Shown here in pieces: positions 10,101-19,576 of a DNA stretch of 64,000 nt. The stretch is from Chitinophagales bacterium (lineage in GTDB: Bacteria > Bacteroidota > Bacteroidia > Chitinophagales > LD1). How positions within the stretch are numbered: position 1 is the stretch's first letter; each line of letters begins with the position of its first letter. Under the pieces are notes generated by a model that saw only the letters and a list, made by a program, of their open reading frames with translations, made no database searches and was not told the origin of the DNA. The position numbers were made by a program, and so were the translations under genes. The stretch lies in contig JAXLUK010000001.1 of assembly GCA_046329555.1 (NCBI GenBank), positions 22,855-86,854 of the forward strand, written 5' to 3'.

Positions 10101-10293
10101 ACCAGATAGAATTGTATTCCACCCGGAAACGCAACAGTACGCCCTTTTCGACTTTAAAACTGGTGCACCTGAACCGGCGCATCATCAGCAAATTCTATCG
10201 TATGCAAAAATCTTAAAACATCAAGGATTGCAACTGGAAACAGTGCTGCTGGTTTATACTTCTCCATGGCAAATAACCCCTGTTTCCCTATGA
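7123..10293 (+). CDS. addA: AddA-like UvrD-family helicase with C-terminal PD-(D/E)XK nuclease
   Basis: Walker A SAGSGKTYT, DEFQDTS, GDGKQAIYRFRGG, NYRS, TIHKSKGLQFP and YVATTRPEDAL helicase motifs. The C-terminal nuclease motif is DRIVF...LFDFKTG...QILSYAKIL. The likely start is ATG 7123 within ORF 7105..10293. Confidence 0.85.
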   Translation: MLNIYKSSAGSGKTYTLVREFLRMSLQADGPGYRSILAITFTNKAANEMKSRVLQTLESLTSNNPPAELMRALCNDLTLPEEELQRRAAFTHHHMLHHYADLSVSTIDSFVNRLVRSYAHDLHLQADFRVELDQEVLLSRAVDQVLQMANSQQDTPLTRALIDFAEDRLSEGKGWHIENDLIQLGRQLFREAAAPYIEQLGSITENQFQEARKLLLSIRNQFEKSIQEHGAQMMQLIASRGLQAADFFQTSRGIWKYMVGCRDFNGQMSLQPDGYAATTINQNKWYTARKGKETEQASIEAIKPQLLALIDRVIQLSETAGASYFLAKLLLKNSYSFMLLSEVQKQVHQIQEAEGLLHISEFQRRIGHIVRDQPAPFIYERIGQKYNQILIDEFQDTSVLQWQNLVPLVENSLMELKDSLIVGDGKQAIYRFRGGEVAQFICLPKLYGSDHNPVLKERENVILNYGSRVLQLNKNYRSLPQIVSFNNQLYGMLKQDADFALSTTYEGVEQEAATRKTGGYVRLEFLPAGKKDEVTQNRHHRMKEILHELMAKGFRWKDIALLSRSNQVGSAAAAFLLENNIPVVSAESVLIDQSPLVQSVLSALRYLTDRNNAIVRSEMMHALNTALLQDITASFTAIPDTTYRDFIRQPYPDFEQQFSILSGSHLNSDQLLTQRLPEVVDAIAAALQIPLTGNPFMQFFRDAVLEFSSVHGHRISDFLEWWSDKRSTASVIFPEDLDAVRIMTIHKSKGLQFPVVLLIEADFNCIENNSSTLFWASVEEWLPTPLPFYPIKADSSLLQTPLHGIYEREQHELQLDMLNALYVATTRPEDALFILGTAPKTATDQLKSVTAVLTRFLQHQNNWQGFEQIYEWGEWQPAQRGDEKKLPTYDPGQLSAHQQKLSLRKVHQSSQQDAQEFGNLLHQLMASISYKDSAPRIQRKFFYEQQLPTGLQDRLIATVNQILDDPQLRHYFQPPWRVLAERPLADGKGQLLIPDRIVFHPETQQYALFDFKTGAPEPAHHQQILSYAKILKHQGLQLETVLLVYTSPWQITPVSL

Positions 10294-13076
10294 ATTTCCT
10301 TCAACATATAGCCAACCACATCTGCGAAGAAACCGCGGGTCAATTTCGCGACGTACTCATTCTGGTTCCCAATCACCGCGTGGCCAGCCACCTGCGGCGC
10401 ATCCTGCGCGAACTTCCGGGGCATCAGGGCTGGCTGCCAGAGCTGCAAACTTTTCCCGATTGGGTCATGCAACACGCGCCAACGGCACTGGCTCCAAATG
10501 CTACATTAATCACGCTGCTTTATGATGTTTATGTGCAACAGCAGGGCGATGACCGCTTTGAACAATTCATCGGTACCGCGCAAACCATGCTACACGATTT
10601 CGATGAACTGGACTTTCAACTCGTACCTCCAGCATCATTTTTCAGAGACCTGGAACAGTTAAAATCGCTGCAGTTCTTTTTAGAAGATCAGGAAAGCCTA
10701 ACAGCATTCCAGTTGCGTTATCAGCGATTCTGGTCGCTTTTTACAGCCTGTTACACTAACTTCAAACAATTACTTCACCATCAACATCTGGGTTATCGCG
10801 GCAGCATTTTTCGTGAGCAGGCAGAAAACCTCATTTGGCTTCAACAATGGTCTGATTTTAAGATTTACATCGTTGGATTCTCGCAACTATCTAAATCAGA
10901 AGAAAAAATCATCGATTACCTCATCAACCAATGTGATGCCCGGTTTATGGCCGATGCAGACACCTGGTACCTCGATGATGTGCGCCATGAAGCCGGTGAT
11001 GCGATACGACCCCGATTAAAAAAGAAACAAGACCAACGTCCGCCCTGGATTTCTAATCAACTGCGTACCGCCGATAAAACCATAGATGTTATTTCAGTAG
11101 CCAAGAACATTGGCCAAACTGTAGCCGCAGCAGGGATTTTGCAACAACTGCCGCCAGATAGTTCTACGGCATTGATTCTACCCGATGAAAAACTACTTAG
11201 CCCTGTAATGCAGTTGTTGCCTCCTGAGCAAACAGCCAATATCACCATGGGCTTGCCATTGAAAGAAACCAGCATTGCTGAATTTCTCAACTTATGGCTC
11301 GACCTGATTACTTACGCTCAAAAAGACAACCGCCAACGGTTCTATCACCGCCTACTTCTTCCCTTGTTGCAACATCCGTTTACCCGCCGCCTGGCCACGG
11401 ATGAAACCAAATTGCTGCAACTACAACAATATATCATTAAAGGCAATAAAATCACACTCAGTCAAAAGCAAATCAGCACGCAACTAATCAACGAAGCGGC
11501 CTTGCTCGATCTGCTTTTCGACCTTCCCGAAAACCATCTTCAACTTTTACAACAAGCTATCAGATTGCTGGAAATCATTTCTTCCGAAGAAAAATCAACT
11601 GACCCACTGGAAGAAATAGATGCCATCAGCGCAGGCGTACTTTTGCAAACCCTCCGATCGTTGTATACGGCTACCGCATCCTGGCAAGATCAAATTAGTA
11701 CCTCCGCTTTTGTGCCATTGCTGATTCACGAGTTACGACAAGCGCGTATTCCTTTTGAATCAGCCAACGATGCTTCCCTTCAAGTGATGGGCATTTTTGA
11801 AACCCGGGCACTGGATGTAGATCATGTAATCATCCTTTCCTGCAATGAAGGACTATTTCCCACCGGAAAAAAAAGCCAAAGCTTTATCCCATTTGAACTG
11901 CGAAAAGCCTATGGTATGCCCACGCATCACGAGCGGGATGCAAATTACTCCTACCTCTTCTACCGCATCTTACAGCGAGCCAAGAAGGTCTACCTGCTGT
12001 ATAATACCGAAAGTGATGCGCTGGGTGGCGGAGAACCCAGCCGGTTCATTCTACAAATTCAAAGTGAATGGAAGCACTGGCCCAATATCCAGTTGAAGCA
12101 CTGGGTATATGCCCCACCGCTTACAACCAGCGTTGAACAAGAACCTATTCTCATCCGCAAAACGCCTGAAATTCTTCGGGTAATGGAAGCACGCGCTGCC
12201 AACAACGGTTTTTCACCATCAGCTATTAACAGTTATCGGCTGTGTACGCTTCAATTCTATTTCCGCGCCATTCTTGGATTGCAGGAACAAGATGAAGTTG
12301 AAGAAGAATTACAAGCCAACACCATCGGCTCTGCAGTTCACCATGTACTGGAACAATTGTACCAAACCATGGTGGGCCAGCAAGTCACAGCCGCTTACTT
12401 ACAACAATGGCTACAACAACCCGATGCAGTAAAACAACTGGTTCGGCAGTACCTGCTTCAATCTTTCGATGAAGAGAATTTGAATGAAGGGAAGAATTAT
12501 TTACTCCACCGCATCTGCGAAACATTAGCCTCCAATTTCATCAGGCAAGAACAAGAACGTATAACCGCATCCGGCCAACCTGTAGAAATTACCATGTTGG
12601 AGCAAGAACTGCAATACAGCATTTCGGTTGGCCCATATCGTATTCAACTAAAAGGTTTCGCCGATCGTATCGAAAATATGGGCCATGCTACAGCCATAGC
12701 CGACTACAAAACCGGGAAACGCAGCGAGCCTCGCTTCCTGGAAATCAGCGATTGGGATGCGCTCATCAACGATCCGGGTTACGCCAAGGCATTCCAGCTA
12801 TTGTGGTACGCCTGGCTTTATAACCAACAACACAATACCGAAAAACGCCCGGTGATGTCGGGCATCTACTGGCTGCGCCACGGACAGGTGGGCTTTGATG
12901 CACTCACCATGAATAAAGAGCCGGTGTTGCTGCACGAAGCAGATTTCCAAAAATTTGAAACTGTACTGAAGCAAATCTTTACAGAAATGTTCCATCCCGA
13001 AATTCCTTTCAAACAAACAGATGATGAAAAAAACTGTTTGTACTGCGACTTTAAAAACATTTGCAGACGCGGATAG
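10266..13076 (+). CDS. addB: AddB-like PD-(D/E)XK nuclease subunit with Fe-S 'iron staple' cysteines
   Basis: 936 aa overlapping the addA-like gene by 28 nt. Nuclease motif DRIEN...IADYKTGK...QLLWYAWLY, with Cys in YRLCTLQFYF plus C-terminal CLYCDFKNIC (four Cys). Confidence 0.8.
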   Translation: MANNPCFPMNFLQHIANHICEETAGQFRDVLILVPNHRVASHLRRILRELPGHQGWLPELQTFPDWVMQHAPTALAPNATLITLLYDVYVQQQGDDRFEQFIGTAQTMLHDFDELDFQLVPPASFFRDLEQLKSLQFFLEDQESLTAFQLRYQRFWSLFTACYTNFKQLLHHQHLGYRGSIFREQAENLIWLQQWSDFKIYIVGFSQLSKSEEKIIDYLINQCDARFMADADTWYLDDVRHEAGDAIRPRLKKKQDQRPPWISNQLRTADKTIDVISVAKNIGQTVAAAGILQQLPPDSSTALILPDEKLLSPVMQLLPPEQTANITMGLPLKETSIAEFLNLWLDLITYAQKDNRQRFYHRLLLPLLQHPFTRRLATDETKLLQLQQYIIKGNKITLSQKQISTQLINEAALLDLLFDLPENHLQLLQQAIRLLEIISSEEKSTDPLEEIDAISAGVLLQTLRSLYTATASWQDQISTSAFVPLLIHELRQARIPFESANDASLQVMGIFETRALDVDHVIILSCNEGLFPTGKKSQSFIPFELRKAYGMPTHHERDANYSYLFYRILQRAKKVYLLYNTESDALGGGEPSRFILQIQSEWKHWPNIQLKHWVYAPPLTTSVEQEPILIRKTPEILRVMEARAANNGFSPSAINSYRLCTLQFYFRAILGLQEQDEVEEELQANTIGSAVHHVLEQLYQTMVGQQVTAAYLQQWLQQPDAVKQLVRQYLLQSFDEENLNEGKNYLLHRICETLASNFIRQEQERITASGQPVEITMLEQELQYSISVGPYRIQLKGFADRIENMGHATAIADYKTGKRSEPRFLEISDWDALINDPGYAKAFQLLWYAWLYNQQHNTEKRPVMSGIYWLRHGQVGFDALTMNKEPVLLHEADFQKFETVLKQIFTEMFHPEIPFKQTDDEKNCLYCDFKNICRRG

Positions 13077-13115
13077 CCGGGCGAGTATACGCGCAGATTC
13101 ACTATTTTGCCGCTC

Positions 13116-14783
13116 ATGAGTGAGTTATTCCGAAAAAAGGAAATCGATAAAATACTGGCAGACGCCCGCGCCGGATACGGCGATGGCGAAGCCGGCCAGG
13201 GCTTGCATAAAACACTAAATGTTCGCGACCTTACTGCTCTGGGTATCGCCGCAGTAGTTGGCGCCGGAATTTTTTCTACCATCGGAAAAGCCAGTTACGA
13301 CGGCGGTCCGGGCATTATTTTTCTCTTTCTTTTCGTCGCTATCGCCTGCGGATTTTCTGCACTCTGCTATGCCGAATTTGCCAGCATGGTGCCGGTAAGC
13401 GGCAGCGCCTATACCTATAGCTATGTCGCCTTCGGCGAAATTGTAGCCTGGATCATCGGCTGGGATTTACTCATGGAATATGCCATCGGGAACATTGTTG
13501 TGGCTATTTCATGGAGCGATTATTTCACCACCTTGCTGGAAGGCCTGGGCATCCACCTGCCTGCCTGGCTCACCATGGACTACTTCAGCGCCCAAAAAGG
13601 CGCCACCGACCTGGCCCGTGAAGCCTGGGCAAACGCACCACAAATTGGTGGATGGCACCTAGTATGCGATGCACCAGCCTTTCTCATTACCTGCGTCATC
13701 ACCGCCATCACCTACGTAGGCATCCGCGAGAGCAAGCGCAGCGCCAACGCCATGGTGGTCCTTAAACTGGGCGTCATTCTGATGGTCATCTTCGTGGGCG
13801 CTTTCTATGTAACCCCGGCCAATTGGATCCCATTTTTGCCTAACCACGTAGGCGGCGTATTGAAAGGAATATCTTCCGTATTCTTCGCCTACATCGGCTT
13901 CGATGCCATTTCAACTACAGCAGAAGAATGTGAAAATCCGCAGCGCGATCTTCCTCGTGGCATGATCTATTCGCTCATTATCTGCACCGTCATTTATGTG
14001 GCTATCGCCCTGGTGCTTACCGGAATGGTCAAGTACGATCAACTCAATGTGGGCGAACCGCTGGCCTTTGTCTTCAATCAGGTGGGCCTGCACTGGATTG
14101 CCGGCATCATCGCCATCAGCGCCGTGGTGGCCACAGCCAGCGTACTTTTGGTGTTTCAGGTTGGTCAGCCGCGTATTTGGATGAGCATGAGCCGCGATGG
14201 ATTACTACCTCCGGTCTTTGCCAAAATTCACCCGCGCTTTGGAACGCCTTCCTTCTCTACCTTGCTCACCGGAGCGGTAGTAGGCATTCCCGCAATGTTT
14301 GCCAATATGGACCTGATGGTTGATCTAACCAGCATAGGCACCTTGTTTGCCTTCGCCTTAGTGGCCGCCGGCATTCTCATTATCGAAACCGATCCCAACC
14401 GGCCGCAACCCAAATTCAAAACGCCCTATATCAATGCGCGATTTTGGTATCCCGGCGCCTTATTCATCACAGTAGCTTACGCCTGCTATAGCGCTCCTGA
14501 GTTCGTCTTGCAGTACTTCGGCCTCATCGCACCCCTATCTGTACATGCGCTCCGCGAAGCCGCTCCGCATTACTTGTTCGCCCTTACCTGCCTAATCCTG
14601 GCCTGGTACGCCTGGAAAAAAAATCTGTCGCTCCTACCCTTACTCGGATTGCTTTCCTGCGCCTATCTGTTATCAGAAAGCGGCGCCACCAACTGGGAAC
14701 GATTTCTGATTTGGCTGATCATTGGTTTAGTCTGCTACTTCCTTTACGGTAAAAAACATAGCCGGCTAAACGCAAAAGGTTAA
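13116..14783 (+). CDS. amino acid permease (APC superfamily, cationic amino acid transporter-like)
   Basis: Polytopic, about 555 aa, with SGSAYTYSYVAFGE and FFAYIGFDAISTTAEE motifs. ATG 13116 lies within ORF 13107..14783. Confidence 0.9.
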   Translation: MSELFRKKEIDKILADARAGYGDGEAGQGLHKTLNVRDLTALGIAAVVGAGIFSTIGKASYDGGPGIIFLFLFVAIACGFSALCYAEFASMVPVSGSAYTYSYVAFGEIVAWIIGWDLLMEYAIGNIVVAISWSDYFTTLLEGLGIHLPAWLTMDYFSAQKGATDLAREAWANAPQIGGWHLVCDAPAFLITCVITAITYVGIRESKRSANAMVVLKLGVILMVIFVGAFYVTPANWIPFLPNHVGGVLKGISSVFFAYIGFDAISTTAEECENPQRDLPRGMIYSLIICTVIYVAIALVLTGMVKYDQLNVGEPLAFVFNQVGLHWIAGIIAISAVVATASVLLVFQVGQPRIWMSMSRDGLLPPVFAKIHPRFGTPSFSTLLTGAVVGIPAMFANMDLMVDLTSIGTLFAFALVAAGILIIETDPNRPQPKFKTPYINARFWYPGALFITVAYACYSAPEFVLQYFGLIAPLSVHALREAAPHYLFALTCLILAWYAWKKNLSLLPLLGLLSCAYLLSESGATNWERFLIWLIIGLVCYFLYGKKHSRLNAKG

Positions 14784-14947
14784 TCATGGCTACCGGTAAG
14801 CGAAGTCAGTTCATGCGTGATGTCAACACCAAGCAATACGGTGAAGGCATGGTCAATGGTCCATTGAAGATTGCCCATGACCCCGAGGTTTACAATGACC
14901 ATTTACCATTTGAAGTTGTCATTGTTTTTGGCGTTACGCCGGCGCAG

Positions 14948-15101
14948 CACTGGCGCGCCAAAAGTATTGCGCAACACATCAGCGCCGGCGCCCGGGCTGC
15001 TTCGGGGTACGCTTCGCTCCCGCCCGCCTGTGGCGGGCCGCTCGTTCCTCGCGCCCTGCGCATCCCTAACGCGTCAGGCGCAAGCAAGCCTGCTGCCATC
15101 A
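14948..15101. repeat. GC-rich, palindrome-dense intergenic-type element (possible diverged relative of the 38.8 kb / 62.0 kb repeats)
   Basis: Contains GGCGCGCC, GCGCCGGCGC and a CCCGCC-TGT-GGCGGG hairpin. It shares short blocks (CGCTTCGCT, TCCTCGCGC, CGTACC, CACTGG/CCAGTG) with the other two elements, but not the 64-nt core. Confidence 0.4.
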
Positions 15102-15106
15102 AAAAA

Positions 15107-15730
15107 ATGTTCCATCGGGCTTGGCCACTTCATCAGCTAATTAGCACAAAAGATAAATTGAAAACTGAAAATGCGCCCATAAAACATCGCAGGGGCACTT
15201 TCCCATCTGTTTCCAATGTACAATTGGTCATCTGCCATCTGTTTCTGGCGCTGCTTGTTGCTTGTAGCGCTCATGGCCAAACCAATACCGATTACTCACA
15301 CCTCAGGTTCATGCCCCTGGATAGTTTCTATCGCCATCATCAACTCGATATTGTACAGGCCAACAACTGCGATTTGTTTTTTGAAACGTACGATTGGCTG
15401 GGCACACCGTACAGAATGGGCGGCCGCACTAAATCAGGTATTGATTGCTCAGATTTCGCCTCGGTCATTTACAACAAAGTGTATGGGAAAACCCTCACTG
15501 GTGCCGTTACCGATATCCTCAAAAAGTGTGATTTAATAGACACTTCCCAGCTCAGCGAAGGCGACTTGGTTTTCTTTAAAATTTATAAAAAACAAGTTTC
15601 GCACGTGGGTGTTTACCTCGGAAACCGCCGTTTTGCCCACGCCACCGTGCACGGGGGCGTCATGGTCAATTCGTTAGATGAAAACTACTACCGACGCTAC
15701 TTTTTTGGGGCGGGTAGACTTGTTGAATAA
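15107..15730 (+). CDS. NlpC/P60 (C40) family peptidase, probable lipoprotein
   Basis: The C-terminal domain has catalytic DCSDFASVIY and SHVGVYLG...AHAT. The start is uncertain: ATG 15107, or TTG 15224 giving MVICHLFLALLVAC (a lipobox-like LVAC). The ORF is open from 14786 only because it reads through the GC-rich element. Confidence 0.8.
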   Translation: MFHRAWPLHQLISTKDKLKTENAPIKHRRGTFPSVSNVQLVICHLFLALLVACSAHGQTNTDYSHLRFMPLDSFYRHHQLDIVQANNCDLFFETYDWLGTPYRMGGRTKSGIDCSDFASVIYNKVYGKTLTGAVTDILKKCDLIDTSQLSEGDLVFFKIYKKQVSHVGVYLGNRRFAHATVHGGVMVNSLDENYYRRYFFGAGRLVE

Positions 15731-15779
15731 AAATTACCCTGATATCGGTATTCCGCTTAATTTCACCGCTCTTTACATT

Positions 15780-16145
15780 ATGGAAAATACGCAGTTGAAT
15801 TTCATTCCTATTCTGATGCAGACGGCATTTGCCGCTGCCTTCGTTGCGGCTATGATTGGCCTGTCGCACATCGTAGGCCCGCGCCGGAAATCACTCAAAA
15901 AAGATGAGAACTTCGAATGTGGCATTCAGAGTTACGGGAACGCCCGCATTCCCTTCTCGGTCAAGTATTTTCTGGTAGCCATTCTGTTCGTGCTTTTCGA
16001 TATTGAAGTCATCTTTTTATACCCATGGGCAGTAAATTTCAAAGCATTGGGTTTCGCCGGTCTATGGAAAATGTTTCTCTTCATGGGTACCTTGCTGATT
16101 GGCTTCTTTTACATCATTAAAAAAGGCGCTCTGGAGTGGGAATAA
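15780..16145 (+). CDS. nuoA: NADH-quinone oxidoreductase subunit A
   Basis: Three TM helices with the ENFECGI motif. ATG 15780 lies within ORF 15678..16145, and nuoB follows. Confidence 0.9.
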   Translation: MENTQLNFIPILMQTAFAAAFVAAMIGLSHIVGPRRKSLKKDENFECGIQSYGNARIPFSVKYFLVAILFVLFDIEVIFLYPWAVNFKALGFAGLWKMFLFMGTLLIGFFYIIKKGALEWE

Positions 16146-16173
16146 CAGCCCTTTCAACAACCTTAATTTTAAC

Positions 16174-16731
16174 ATGAGTCAGGATAATTCTATCAAAATG
16201 GTTCCGCCTCCGGCAGGCTTGCAGGGCGAGGGATTTTTCGCTACTTCAATTGATGCGGTAGTGGGCTTGGCCCGTTCGAAATCGATGTGGCCCCTACCCT
16301 TTGCTACGTCTTGCTGCGGTATTGAATTTATGGCCACCATGGCTTCTACCTACGATCTAGCCCGCTTCGGGTCTGAACGTCCTTCGTTCAGTCCGCGCCA
16401 GGCTGATATGCTGCTGGTAATGGGTACCATTTCAAAAAAACTGGGTCCGGTGCTGCGCAATGTGTATGAGCAAATGGCAGAACCTCGCTGGGTAATTGCC
16501 GTGGGCGCCTGCGCTTGCTCAGGCGGTGTTTTTGATACTTACAGCGTGCTGCAAGGCATTGACAAAATTATTCCGGTAGATGTATACGTACCGGGGTGCC
16601 CGCCCCGACCGGAACAAATTCTGGATGGCATCATGAAATTGCAGGAAATTGTGAAAAACGAACCCATGCGCCGGCGCAATTCCCCAGAGTATAAAGCACT
16701 ATTGGCCAGCTATGGCATCAACGTAAACTAA
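16174..16731 (+). CDS. nuoB: NADH-quinone oxidoreductase subunit B
   Basis: [16 protein letters not shown] and PGCPP provide the N2 cluster ligands. Confidence 0.95.
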   Translation: MSQDNSIKMVPPPAGLQGEGFFATSIDAVVGLARSKSMWPLPFATSCCGIEFMATMASTYDLARFGSERPSFSPRQADMLLVMGTISKKLGPVLRNVYEQMAEPRWVIAVGACACSGGVFDTYSVLQGIDKIIPVDVYVPGCPPRPEQILDGIMKLQEIVKNEPMRRRNSPEYKALLASYGINVN

Positions 16732-16740
16732 TCGCTCACT

Positions 16741-17277
16741 ATGGCATTAGACAATCAAATCGTTCTGGAAAAATTAACAGCTAAGTTCGGAGAAGCAGTT
16801 CAGGCCGACCCTGCTTCGCTGGATATATTGGCAGTAATTGCCGACCGCTCCATCGTGCGCGAATTATTGAAATTCCTGCACGAAGACGCGGAGCTGCGCT
16901 TCAGCTTCTTCACCGATATCTGCGGTGCACACTACCCTGAAAACCAACCAGCGCAACAATTTGGCGTCATTTATCACTTGCACAACTGGCAGGATAACAT
17001 CCGCATCCGCGTGAAAACGCTGCTGCCCGCAGATGCGCCAGTGGTCGATTCAGTGGCCGATATGTTTTTATGCGCGAATTGGTGTGAGAGAGAAACCTAT
17101 GACTTCTACGGTATCGAATTCAAAGGCCACCCTGATTTGCGTCGTATTCTGAATATGGATGAAATGACCAGCTTCCCACTGCGGAAAGAGTTTCAGATGG
17201 AAGATCCGTACAGAACTGATAAAGACGATCGTTACTTCGGTCGTATTCCGCAAACTAATAACGTAGCCCTTAACTAA
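16741..17277 (+). CDS. nuoC: NADH-quinone oxidoreductase subunit C
   Basis: ERETYDFYGIEFKGHPDLRRIL is the 30-kDa subunit signature. Confidence 0.95.
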   Translation: MALDNQIVLEKLTAKFGEAVQADPASLDILAVIADRSIVRELLKFLHEDAELRFSFFTDICGAHYPENQPAQQFGVIYHLHNWQDNIRIRVKTLLPADAPVVDSVADMFLCANWCERETYDFYGIEFKGHPDLRRILNMDEMTSFPLRKEFQMEDPYRTDKDDRYFGRIPQTNNVALN

Positions 17278-17281
17278 CGAT

Positions 17282-18526
17282 ATGAGCTCATTAACGCTTT
17301 CAAAAAATATTGAGTCGAAGTACCAGCAGATGATTAAGCTGCGCGAGAACGAAGACGGCAGCGAGTTATCTATTCTAAACCTGGGACCTTCGCATCCGGC
17401 AACTCACGGCATTTTCCAGAATGTATTGCTGATGGATGGCGAGCGCATCGTAGATGCTGAACAAACCGTGGGTTACATCCATCGGGCATTCGAAAAAATC
17501 GCCGAAAACCGTCCGTTCTACCAAATTACGCCGCTAACTGACCGCCTCAACTACTGCAGTTCGCCCATTAACAATATGGGCTGGTGGTTTACCGTTGAAA
17601 AATTATTGGGAATTGAAATTCCAAAACGGGTGCAATACATGCGCGTAATTGTGATGGAACTATCGCGAATTGCCGATCACATCATTTGCAATTCCATTCT
17701 GGGAGTAGATTCCGGAGCTTTTACAGGCTTCCTGCATATCTTCCAATACCGCGAAAAAATCTATGAAATTTTCGAGGAAATTTGTGGTGCCAGGCTCACT
17801 ACGAATATGGGTAGAATTGGTGGATTTGAGCGCGACTGGAGCGATGCGGCCTGGCGAAAATTAGATGCATTCATGACCGAGTTCCCGGTAGCCTGGGAGG
17901 AATTTGACGCCTTGCTAACGCGAAACACCATCTTCATGAACCGCTGTATTAATGTGGGTGCTATTAGTGCTAACCGCGCCATGCAATACGGTTTTACCGG
18001 ACCTAACCTCCGTGCCGCCGGCGTTGACTACGACGTTCGTGTGGCTACGCCATATTCTTCCTACAACGATTTTGAATTTAATATTCCTGTAGGCAACAAC
18101 GGCGATACCTACGACCGTTACATGGTTCGCCAGCAAGAAGTTCGTGAATCATTGAAAATTATTCGTCAGGCATTAGATAAAATGCCGAAAGAAGGTGGCT
18201 GGCATGCTGATGTTCCGGACTATTATCTTCCTCCTAAACAAGAAGTATACAACAACATGGAAGCGCTCATCTACCATTTCAAAATTGTGATGGGTGAAAT
18301 TCCGGTGCCAAAGGGTGAAGTATATAGCTGTGTAGAAGGCGGCAATGGTGAATTAGGCTTTTACCTGGTGAGCGATGGCAGCCGCGTACCTTACCGCCTG
18401 CACTTCCGCAGGCCTTGCTTCATTTATTATCAGGCATTCACCGAATTAATCAGAGGAGGACTGTTGAGCGATGCCGTGTTAATCATGAGTTCATTAAATG
18501 TTATTGCTGGAGAATTAGACGCATAA
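17282..18526 (+). CDS. nuoD: NADH-quinone oxidoreductase subunit D
   Basis: LNLGPSHPATHGI and the 49-kDa subunit layout, 414 aa. Confidence 0.95.
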   Translation: MSSLTLSKNIESKYQQMIKLRENEDGSELSILNLGPSHPATHGIFQNVLLMDGERIVDAEQTVGYIHRAFEKIAENRPFYQITPLTDRLNYCSSPINNMGWWFTVEKLLGIEIPKRVQYMRVIVMELSRIADHIICNSILGVDSGAFTGFLHIFQYREKIYEIFEEICGARLTTNMGRIGGFERDWSDAAWRKLDAFMTEFPVAWEEFDALLTRNTIFMNRCINVGAISANRAMQYGFTGPNLRAAGVDYDVRVATPYSSYNDFEFNIPVGNNGDTYDRYMVRQQEVRESLKIIRQALDKMPKEGGWHADVPDYYLPPKQEVYNNMEALIYHFKIVMGEIPVPKGEVYSCVEGGNGELGFYLVSDGSRVPYRLHFRRPCFIYYQAFTELIRGGLLSDAVLIMSSLNVIAGELDA

Positions 18527-18531
18527 ATTGT

Positions 18532-19068
18532 ATGGGATTAAATATCAAAACGAACCGCACGGTAACTATTAGCGACAAGACGATGCAGCGCATTGCTACG
18601 CTCAAATCCCGTTTTCCGGAAGGAAAACAAAAGAGTGCCTTACTGACTGTGCTGCATGAAGTACAAGATGAAAATGATAATTGGCTAACTGTTGAAGCCA
18701 TGGATAAAGTGGCTGAGTTGTTAGGCATTCTTCCTGTAGAAGTATATGAAGTAGCCAGTTTCTATAGCATGTACAATCAAAAGCCAGTGGGTAAATACAT
18801 GCTGGAGTTCTGTCGCACCAGTTGTTGTGCCACACGTGGCGCCGAGGATATGATGGAATATACCTGTAGTAAGCTGGGCGTAAAAGAGGGAGAAGTTACT
18901 GCTGATGGATTGTTTAGTGTAAAAGGTGTAGAATGTTTGGGTGCCTGTGGTTACGCGCCCATGTTGCAACTAGGCGACTTCTATCATGAATTTCTAACAA
19001 AAGAAAAAATCGATTCGCTCCTGGATGCGTGTCGTTCAGGAAATGTAACGTTGCTAAGCAAGGTGTAG
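18532..19068 (+). CDS. nuoE: NADH-quinone oxidoreductase subunit E
   Basis: 2Fe-2S ligands in CRTSCC...ECLGACGYAPM. ATG 18532 lies within ORF 18415..19068. Confidence 0.9.
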   Translation: MGLNIKTNRTVTISDKTMQRIATLKSRFPEGKQKSALLTVLHEVQDENDNWLTVEAMDKVAELLGILPVEVYEVASFYSMYNQKPVGKYMLEFCRTSCCATRGAEDMMEYTCSKLGVKEGEVTADGLFSVKGVECLGACGYAPMLQLGDFYHEFLTKEKIDSLLDACRSGNVTLLSKV

Positions 19069-19069
19069 T

Positions 19070-19552
19070 CTACAAATCGCCTGCTGAAAAATGCAGCGGT
19101 AACAAATCAGAAATAGAATCAACCTGATATACGGGTCCTTCCTTTGCAGCCATCAAGATGCCTATTTTCTTTCCGAATCTATTTTCATACTCAAAAATAG
19201 TTTGCCGGCATTGACCGCAAGGCGCAGCGGGTTGACTGGATGTTTGATTGCTGCTGGAAATGTAAATGGCCATCTTTACCGGAGCCACTCCAGGATGCTG
19301 TGAAGTGGCTGAACTGAGTGCCACTACTTCGGCGCAAACACACATCGGATATGCGGCATTTTCCTGATTTGCGGCAGCAACTGTAACGCCATTTTCAAGT
19401 AAGATTGCGGCACCAACAAAGAACTTAGAATAAGGCGCGTAAGCGTGCTGAATAGCTTCGGTGGCACGCTGTAACAACTGTTGATCAGCTTCGTTCAATT
19501 CTGCCCTGTTATCGAATACAGCGAGTCGGAATGAGATTTCTTTTTTCTGCAT
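19070..19552 (-). CDS. cdd: cytidine deaminase
   Basis: Zinc motifs CAEVVAL and PCGQCRQ. The likely ATG is at 19552 (MQKKEISF...). The stop lies 1 nt from the nuoE stop. Confidence 0.9.
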   Translation of the reverse strand: MQKKEISFRLAVFDNRAELNEADQQLLQRATEAIQHAYAPYSKFFVGAAILLENGVTVAAANQENAAYPMCVCAEVVALSSATSQHPGVAPVKMAIYISSSNQTSSQPAAPCGQCRQTIFEYENRFGKKIGILMAAKEGPVYQVDSISDLLPLHFSAGDL

Positions 19553-19576
19553 GCGTATGCACAAGATACATAATTC

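Noticed and set aside
7123-13076. The UvrD-like helicase plus PD-(D/E)XK nuclease pair considered as a phage-defence module (Gabija- or Hachiman-like).
   Set aside because: The motif content (dual RecB-type nucleases and the iron-staple Cys cluster in the second subunit) fits housekeeping AddAB recombination and repair. There is no ATPase-TOPRIM or DUF1837 partner.
12866-13282. A 138-aa minus-strand ORF spanning the addB-like 3' end and the permease 5' end.
   Set aside because: It is a shadow ORF crossing an intergenic boundary, is low-complexity, and conflicts with two well-supported + strand genes.
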